Origin: Acidobacteriota bacterium
GTDB lineage: Bacteria > Acidobacteriota > UBA6911 > RPQK01 > JAJDTT01
NCBI GenBank assembly: GCA_965209055.1
Contig: OZ242374.1
Coordinates: 5,408,001-5,472,000, forward strand
Direction: 5' to 3'
Length of the DNA stretch: 64,000 bases
Shown: in pieces, positions 57,568 through 64,000 of the stretch
Layout: every line of letters starts with the position of its first letter
How positions within the stretch are numbered: position 1 is the first letter of the stretch
Translations under genes and position numbers: made by a program
The notes under the pieces: generated by a model
Told to the model about the DNA's origin: nothing
Seen by the model: only the letters and a program-made list of their open reading frames with translations
Databases searched by the model: none

Positions 57568-60500
57568 TCAGAACGCGTATCGGATACCCAATTGTATGCG
57601 CCGCATGGGATAGGCATTCCGCAGCGTAACGGTTCCGGGTTGTGAGACATCGATCCGCTGGCTCGGGACGAACAGATTCGGATGATTCGTAGCGTTGGCC
57701 ATCTCAACGCGTACTTCCGCCGTATGGGTCTCGGTACCCGGAATGGCGAAGAGTTTCGAAATCCCAAAGTCCAAGTTGACGAAGTTGGGTCCGTCGATGA
57801 TGTTACGTCCCACATTTCCCTGACCTGTTCCGGACCGGGCCGTAAAATGGGTGGGATCAACCCATCGCTGTCGGCTCGGCTTCGGTAGTCTGTCCGGTCC
57901 CTTGTTCGGTGCCCAATCCGGCCGCAGCACACCACCCCAAAGCACATTTACGGGTGCTCCGGAATTGGCGTCGAGGAGGAAATTCACCTTCCAGCCTCCC
58001 AGGACAGCGTCAATTATGCGATTCCAATCGCCGCCCCACAGCCGCTGCCGACCGAACGGCAGCTCGTAGATTCCCGACAGATTGACGATATGTGTCATAT
58101 GGCCTTGGCCTCGACCCCATTCCTCCTCCTTCCGGACCTCCACAGCGGCGCCGACCGTGGTATCGAAATGTTCCGGTGTATCATTATGCAGACTACCCAA
58201 TGTGTAGTTGGTACGAAACGAGAGTCCCGCCGCAAAGCGCCGCTCCAGCGTCATCTGAATGGCATGATATTTGCTATCGTGACCACTGGAGCTGATCCGG
58301 AGTCCGTTACCCAGTGTGAAATTGTCGTATCCGTACAGGGATGCGAATTTCTGTCCCCTGTGCTCGAACTCGAGATGAACTCCGCGGGAGCCGATGTAGC
58401 CCACTTCCGCTGCCAGACTGCCCGGCAGTTCCTTTTGGATCGTCAGGTTCCAGTGCTGCATATAGGGATTATGAAATCCGTTTTCCGGCATGCGGATGTT
58501 GCCGACGGTCAAGTATTGCAGCCTTGACACCTCTGGCTGTAGCTCGTCCCAGAGGAAGACGCGACCACCCGTAGTGCCAAAGGCTCCAAGATTGAGCCAC
58601 GCCTGCCAGGGAGCCACTGAAGACGAATTTCGATTGACGGCAAAGCCCTGAGGGCTTCCGTAAAAGATACCGTATCCGGCGCGGACGACCATATTGCCGG
58701 TTCCGAAGGGACGATAGGCGATTCCGAGTCGAGGTCCAAAACTGTCTTTGTCCTCGTCGAAGAAGGTCTGCGCGGGGCCGTCGAACCGGTGGGGAAACAG
58801 CAATGCTGCCCGCTCATCGGGGGTCATCTGGTCATGGGCATCGGCCGGATAAATTACTTCATCGGTGACGAGGTCGTAACGGGCCATCCGGGCATTGCCG
58901 ATAGGACCAAACGGAGCAAACCAGTCATGGCGCAGACCGATGTTGACGGTCAGTCTGGGGTTCACCTTCCAATCGTCCTGAATGAAGAACGAAGTTCTCC
59001 ACCTCTTGCTCTTTCTCCACTGGGGAGTGAACTGAAAGCCAGCGAAATTATAGTCGCCGATGAGGAAGTCGGCGGCTTGGTTCGTGGTCCCGTTGTCGGT
59101 GCCCCAGCCCAGCCAGTACTGCCCGGTTGAACCGCACGCCCCGATCGCGCGGTGACGATCCTGGAGCACGTCTGCCCCTATCTTGATGAAGTGATTCCCG
59201 TGGTGGACGCTGAGCGAGTTAGAGACTTGGTAGTTATAAGACATCCGTTCATTGAACGGCGTCGCCCAGAGTCCGAAGTAGGAGCCGAAGCCCCTCACAT
59301 TGACGCGGGGGACGCCGTGAAGATGCGTGTCTTCATCGGACGGATGAAAGGCCATACCAAAGTTCTTGGCATAATTCTCAGACCTGTTGGTCTGGGCATA
59401 ACCTCCCTTGTGAAAGGCATAGCCCGCACGGCCCTCCCAGATCACTTCCGGGGTGATACTCCACGCCCCTCCCAGCACCGAATTGACATTGTCGGTGTTA
59501 TTGGAAAGGTCGCTGGCACGTTCGCAACCAGCGCCACAATCGATGGCCGGGGCGACCACTCCCGCGCGTGTCGTCCACAAGGTTGAGCTGAAGATGGAGA
59601 AATCGTCAGAGAAACTGTGGTCGATTCGGATAACGTGTTTCGGCTCAAACGTACTGGCGTCGAAGTTGCCATTGTAGTTATAGGCACCATCGAATCCCTG
59701 GTTGGGACGAGGCAGGATCTGGAGCATGTTCTGCGTCGCCGCACTGAATTGCGATGAAGGAATCACTCCGTTGGGGTACGGTTCCTTGGTATAGGGATCC
59801 ACCGGCAGACCCCACGGGGACTGGGAGAAGTCCCCTGCCAACTCGGCGTCGTCCAACATGTAACCTCGCTTGACGTCCTCGCTGGGGCTTCGAAACTTCT
59901 CAAAGTTGTAAAAGAAAAATGTCTTGCCGGTTCCGTCGTACAAACCCGGTACCCAAACGGGGCCACCAATACTGCCTCCATAATCGTCCTGCTCGTACAC
60001 CGGCTTGGATGCCGCGAAATAGGGAATGGCCGCCCAGTCTCCGCGGCGGGAAAACCAGTAGACGCTTCCGTGGAAGTCATTGCTTCCCGACTTGGTTCGA
60101 ACATTGACAATGGCCCCCATGGCCCTCCCGTGTTCAGCCGCGTAAAGGTTGCGAACCAGCTCGAACTCGGCAATCGAGTCGAGCGGGGGCTTAACGGCCA
60201 TGTCCGCGTTGTGATCATCCATGGAGCGGATGCCGTCGATACTGTACTCGTTGTCACGGGCACGGGCCGCACCCACGACGAGATTGGTTTCCTGATACCC
60301 CATTGCTGCGGGTGCCCGAGTGGAAACTCCGGCGGTGGTCTTGGTCAAGTCCAAAAAGTTTCGACCGAAGAGCGGCAACTCGGTAATTTCACGGTCCTTG
60401 ACGATTATTTCCAGGCTGGATGTCTCCGACCGCACAAGCTGGGTCCCTGCACTTACGGTGACCACTTCGGCTACGGCCCCGACTTCCATGGTCAGGTCGA

Positions 60501-60840
60501 CACGCACCGTGCTGCCTGTTTCCAACAATACATTCTGAGCGACAGCAGCTTTGAATCCGGCCATCTCAGCACGAATCTCATAGGCACCGATGTTGGTCAG
60601 CTGGGCGATGAGGTAGTCCCCGGTATCGTTGGTGACAACCGTGCGTGTCTGATCGGTTGCCGTGTGGCGGGCAGTTACCTCCACTCCGGGAATCACACCT
60701 CCCGAATCATCCTTTACCGTTCCCACAAAGCTTTGGCTACTTTGTCCCCATAGCAAAGCAGAACCGCCGACCACAACCCAAATTGCGACCAGCCAGTTCA
60801 GACACCAGATGCCACGGTTAGCTGTGTAATGGCTTCTCAT
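57568..60840 (-). CDS. TonB-dependent receptor with N-terminal carboxypeptidase-regulatory-like domain (Oar-like)
   Basis: GTVKDDSGGVIPGVEV, ELPLFGRNF, TKSGSNDFHGS, FIQDDWKV..RLTVNIGLRHD, C-terminal RIQLGIRYAF; ATG 60840 after AGGAGG. Confidence 0.93.
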   Translation of the reverse strand: MRSHYTANRGIWCLNWLVAIWVVVGGSALLWGQSSQSFVGTVKDDSGGVIPGVEVTARHTATDQTRTVVTNDTGDYLIAQLTNIGAYEIRAEMAGFKAAVAQNVLLETGSTVRVDLTMEVGAVAEVVTVSAGTQLVRSETSSLEIIVKDREITELPLFGRNFLDLTKTTAGVSTRAPAAMGYQETNLVVGAARARDNEYSIDGIRSMDDHNADMAVKPPLDSIAEFELVRNLYAAEHGRAMGAIVNVRTKSGSNDFHGSVYWFSRRGDWAAIPYFAASKPVYEQDDYGGSIGGPVWVPGLYDGTGKTFFFYNFEKFRSPSEDVKRGYMLDDAELAGDFSQSPWGLPVDPYTKEPYPNGVIPSSQFSAATQNMLQILPRPNQGFDGAYNYNGNFDASTFEPKHVIRIDHSFSDDFSIFSSTLWTTRAGVVAPAIDCGAGCERASDLSNNTDNVNSVLGGAWSITPEVIWEGRAGYAFHKGGYAQTNRSENYAKNFGMAFHPSDEDTHLHGVPRVNVRGFGSYFGLWATPFNERMSYNYQVSNSLSVHHGNHFIKIGADVLQDRHRAIGACGSTGQYWLGWGTDNGTTNQAADFLIGDYNFAGFQFTPQWRKSKRWRTSFFIQDDWKVNPRLTVNIGLRHDWFAPFGPIGNARMARYDLVTDEVIYPADAHDQMTPDERAALLFPHRFDGPAQTFFDEDKDSFGPRLGIAYRPFGTGNMVVRAGYGIFYGSPQGFAVNRNSSSVAPWQAWLNLGAFGTTGGRVFLWDELQPEVSRLQYLTVGNIRMPENGFHNPYMQHWNLTIQKELPGSLAAEVGYIGSRGVHLEFEHRGQKFASLYGYDNFTLGNGLRISSSGHDSKYHAIQMTLERRFAAGLSFRTNYTLGSLHNDTPEHFDTTVGAAVEVRKEEEWGRGQGHMTHIVNLSGIYELPFGRQRLWGGDWNRIIDAVLGGWKVNFLLDANSGAPVNVLWGGVLRPDWAPNKGPDRLPKPSRQRWVDPTHFTARSGTGQGNVGRNIIDGPNFVNLDFGISKLFAIPGTETHTAEVRVEMANATNHPNLFVPSQRIDVSQPGTVTLRNAYPMRRIQLGIRYAF

Positions 60841-60945
60841 CTCTACCCCTCCTGAAAAAGCCTGGGATTGGCGGATGACCTGCACTCTCGCCGAAGGTCG
60901 ACCAGAGACACCTTATAAATTATATATTATAGGGTCCGAAATTTG

Positions 60946-60979
60946 GAAAAATTCTAAATTAGAATTTTTCTACTGTCAA
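60946..60979 (-). promoter_or_regulatory. Sigma70 promoter of the receptor-symporter unit, overlapped by a perfect palindrome
   Basis: Minus strand TTGACA (60974-60979), 17 nt, TAGAAT (60951-60956); palindrome GAAAAATTCTAA-A-TTAGAATTTTTC at 60946-60970. Confidence 0.75.
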
Positions 60980-61531
60980 GCATGTTTCGATTTTTCCCCA
61001 GGATGATCTCACGCTTGTCATTTGTGGAGTGTCCTCCACAACGCGAAGGGGAAGGGAGATAAGTTCCCCAGGATCCTTGGCCGAGGTCGCCAAGTGATCC
61101 GGGGCTGGTAGCCATTGACCTCTGATCCAGTCCGGCCGGAAGGAACCAGTTTGGGCCCGGATGGGGCCACAACGGTCGGGACCGAGCCGGAGGATCCCAA
61201 GATCCGGGGGGCGGGAGGTGGAGTTGTGATCGGAGACAGCTCAGGAAGCGAACTGAGCCGCATGCGGTGACCGCACGGATCGCTTTGCTCCGTTTCATCG
61301 AGAAGTGTTGGACTGCGGCTTGAACCTGTGGGAAACCGCGATGGAAGATAATCTCCAGCGCCGTCTGGATGACGATCGCATTGTTGGGCGTTCCGGTACC
61401 CGTATGCCTCGGACACGCAGCTTCGCCGACTGTGGTGTCCGGGAGGCGGAGGTTGCGGTTCTCGACGACCCAATGGCCGCCTGGACGGTCCCCCGCTGAT
61501 CATTGCCGCGTTCTCCATTCAGAAATGCGGG

Positions 61532-62409
61532 TCAGAGAAGCATACCCGCGCGACCCATCGATTCCCGGGAGACCACAGTCAGATCTTCGCCAAATATGAC
61601 GGTGCCCTGAAAAATCTCATGAACCTCCGAGATGACCTGTTCCCGCACGCCCGGTCCGTCGATCTGTCCCGTGAAATGGGTCAGAACGACTATTTTGACG
61701 CCCGCATCCCGGGCCAGAGCGCCGATCATTCCGGGGCTCCCACAACCCCTCGCCATGGCCTCGTTGAGTTCCGTGCCGGAAAGGTAGTGGCACATGTGAA
61801 TGAGCACGTCGGCACGTTCGCAAAAGGAGACCATTCGATCGGTGGGCCCGGAGTCTCCACTGTAGACCAGAGATCGCCCTTCCGATTCCAATCGATAGGC
61901 AAAGTATGGTTGAACATGGGAAACTTCGATAGCCCGGACCATCCAGTCGTCTCCCCGGAACTCGGATCCACTTTCCGCTTCGGCAATGACGGGCCGCGGA
62001 CGTTCTCTCGCCCCGGTTCCGCCGCGGGCGCGATAGATCGCCACGCTCATTTCGTTCCAGGTCCTGGCCTCCATATCGGAATCGAAGATCCCGTCTTTTT
62101 CGAATAGGGCTTTTGCGATTCGCCGGATCGGCCGGGGACCATAAATCTTCAACTCGGGAATTTTCCCCGCCCCTTGTCCCAGCGATGAAGAACGTAGTGC
62201 GGAAGGTCGATGCAATGATCGTAATGTCAATGGGTTACGAAAAGTTGTGTGATCTCGGTCGGCTCTTTCCCCGTCTCCAGAAAACGGCGGTAGGAACCGG
62301 GACCGCAGTCGAACACGAAACATTCCGACTCGGTTTCCACCGGGTAGCCCGAACCGGCCCGCTTGACTGAAGGTGTCGGAGTCCCGGTCCCCAGTAGAGT
62401 CAGTCTCAC
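61532..62409 (-). pseudogene. MBL-fold (RNase Z-like) metallohydrolase with an in-frame stop and a frameshift
   Basis: LTLLGTGTP, FDCGPG, TH*HYDH (TGA at 62227-62229), 1-nt frameshift near 62175 (WD/QGAG), then YSGDSG, LTHF. Confidence 0.82.
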
Positions 62410-62581
62410 TCGGCTGTCTCCCTGACGCTGCAGATCAAGGCCTGTCCCGAAAATGGGTTGCCATTGGATTCTTCCCTTGCAGGACGGCTCCTGCAAGTGC
62501 CTCGGAGCTTTACCGACAAGGAGATCGAAACTATCCTTGTCCCGAATGCAACCCGACCCCTGACCTTGGTCCGACCCGCCA

Positions 62582-64000
62582 ATGCCGCCCCAACTGGTCA
62601 TCTCCAACGGAACCCTGCTGGACGGGACCGGCGCCCCGCCGAGACGCGCCGACGTGGCGGTCTCCCAGGGCAGGATCTCGGACGTTGGGAACCTCGAATC
62701 CGTCTCCGACGTCCCCCGGATCGACGCCTCAGGCCTCTACGTCACGCCCGGCTTCATCGACATTCACAGTCACTCCGACTATTCCCTGGTGGTGGACCCG
62801 CGGGCGGTCAGCGCCGTCAGCCAGGGAGTGACCCTGGAGGTGATCGGAAACTGCGGCCATGGCTGTGCTCCGGTGGAGAACGTGGAGTTGGCGGCCAGCA
62901 ACATCTACGGCTACCAGTCCTCCCTGGGCATCCCCTGGAAGACCATGGCCCAGTACCTGGATCACCTGGAGTCCCTCGAACCGGCCCTCAACGTCGCCAC
63001 CCTGGCCGCCAACGGCAACCTGCGCCTGGCCACGCTGGGCCTGGCGGACCGCCCTGCCGACCCGGGGGAGTTGAGGCAGATGGAGAAGTTGCTTGCCCAG
63101 GCCCTGGAGGAAGGGGCGTACGGATACTCCACCGGGCTGGAGTACAACTGCGAGCAGGGCGCCAGTGAAGAGGAGGTGGCGGCCCTGTGCCGGGTGGCCC
63201 GGAAGGCGGGCGGCTTCTACGCCACCCACACCCGGAACCGGGCGGGCGAGGCCAGGGAGACCATCGCCGAGGCGATCCGGACGGCCGCGGCGGCCCGGAT
63301 CCCGCTGCAAATCTCGCACATCGCCACCGTGGCCCGGCTGGCGCCGGACAGCCACTGGGCGGTCCAGCAGGCCCTCGACCAGGTGGAGGACGCCCGCGCG
63401 CGCGGCCACGACGTCACCTTCGACCAGCACACGCGCATCTTCGGCACCACCAACCTCAGCACCATGCTTCCCCAATGGGCCTTGGAGGGAGGACCCGGGG
63501 CCATCGCCGAACGGCTCAAGGACCCCCGGATCCGCAAGGAGATGAGCGGGCACCACAGCATCATCGTCTCGCTGGCTCAACGGGACTGGAACCGCATCGT
63601 GGTCTTTCACAGCCGCGCGCTGCCGGAGATCTCCCAGAAGAGCCTGGCCGAGATCGCCGAGACCTGGAACCTGGAGATCTTCGACGCGGTCTGCGAAATC
63701 CTGCTGGCCGAGATCGACGACCTGCATGCCACCATGGTCATCTGCTTCGCCTACGAGGAGGCGGACCTCCACCTGCCCTTCGCCAGTCCCCACTGCATGC
63801 CCGGCTCCGACGCCATCGCGCTGGCGCCGGACGGCCCCCTGAGAAACGAGACCTTTCACGGCGCCTACACCTGGGCCGGCTACTTCTACCGCACCTTCGT
63901 CCGTGACAATGGTCTGCTCACTCCCCAGGAAGCCGTCCGCCGCATGACCTCGTTCCCCGCCGCGCGCCTGGGTGTCACGGACCGGGGCACGATCCGGAAG
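62582..64000 (+). CDS. N-acyl-D-amino-acid deacylase (D-aminoacylase) family amidohydrolase, runs off the window
   Basis: NGTLLDGTGAP, PGFIDIHSHSD, QGVT..IGNCG, STGLEY, YATH.R, QISH, GSD, EAVRRMTS.PA; absent from the ORF track because there is no stop codon in the window. Confidence 0.92.
   Translation, partial: MPPQLVISNGTLLDGTGAPPRRADVAVSQGRISDVGNLESVSDVPRIDASGLYVTPGFIDIHSHSDYSLVVDPRAVSAVSQGVTLEVIGNCGHGCAPVENVELAASNIYGYQSSLGIPWKTMAQYLDHLESLEPALNVATLAANGNLRLATLGLADRPADPGELRQMEKLLAQALEEGAYGYSTGLEYNCEQGASEEEVAALCRVARKAGGFYATHTRNRAGEARETIAEAIRTAAAARIPLQISHIATVARLAPDSHWAVQQALDQVEDARARGHDVTFDQHTRIFGTTNLSTMLPQWALEGGPGAIAERLKDPRIRKEMSGHHSIIVSLAQRDWNRIVVFHSRALPEISQKSLAEIAETWNLEIFDAVCEILLAEIDDLHATMVICFAYEEADLHLPFASPHCMPGSDAIALAPDGPLRNETFHGAYTWAGYFYRTFVRDNGLLTPQEAVRRMTSFPAARLGVTDRGTIRK

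Noticed and set aside
60990-61520. Short ORFs between the receptor promoter and the MBL pseudogene
   Set aside because: No recognisable motif or RBS; may be decayed coding DNA but cannot be supported
62227-62229. Selenocysteine or stop-codon recoding at the TGA in the MBL gene
   Set aside because: The position is a non-ligand residue of HxHxDH, a separate frameshift follows, and many other genes here end normally in TGA
62729-63906. ORFs 62729-63859 (-) and 63187-63906 (+)
   Set aside because: Alternative frames of the D-aminoacylase gene starting at 62582
1-64000. CRISPR array, tRNA, rRNA
   Set aside because: No regularly spaced short direct repeats or recognisable structural RNA seen by eye; the repeats present are paralogous genes and Asp-box/FG-GAP codons

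Overview
A 64-kb accessory catabolic region, probably from an Acidobacteriota genome. This is inferred from a GWxTD protein, CRTAC1/ASPIC-UnbV plus TPR proteins, and a long TonB-dependent receptor with an N-terminal carboxypeptidase-regulatory-like domain. The region is dominated by local paralog expansion: 10 BNR/Asp-box (sialidase-like) beta-propeller genes in four subgroups (8 intact, 1 split by an IS3, 1 orphan 3' fragment), 4 Tat-exported GHL10-like glycoside hydrolases, 3 PHP (CehA/McbA-like) metallohydrolases and 3 copies of a secreted protein family I cannot assign (invariant SPWYFDDNHG and GLINGGL). There are also 2 GGT-family Ntn hydrolases, 2 CRTAC1 proteins and 3 TPR proteins. Alongside these are a TonB receptor, a HEAT-repeat/sodium:solute symporter fusion, a GntR/FCD regulator and an acid-sugar-type enzyme set (enolase superfamily, HpcH and DapA-like aldolases, ALDH, 2-hydroxyacid dehydrogenase). 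Turnover is visible as mosaic duplicates, IS1634 and IS3 elements, a two-copy MITE-like element and several gene remnants missing from the ORF track. An AT-rich palindromic motif (TTATA-N3-TATAA-like) recurs in promoter regions. No rRNA, tRNA, CRISPR array or reverse transcriptase was seen. All family calls come from motif recognition by eye, not from database searches.
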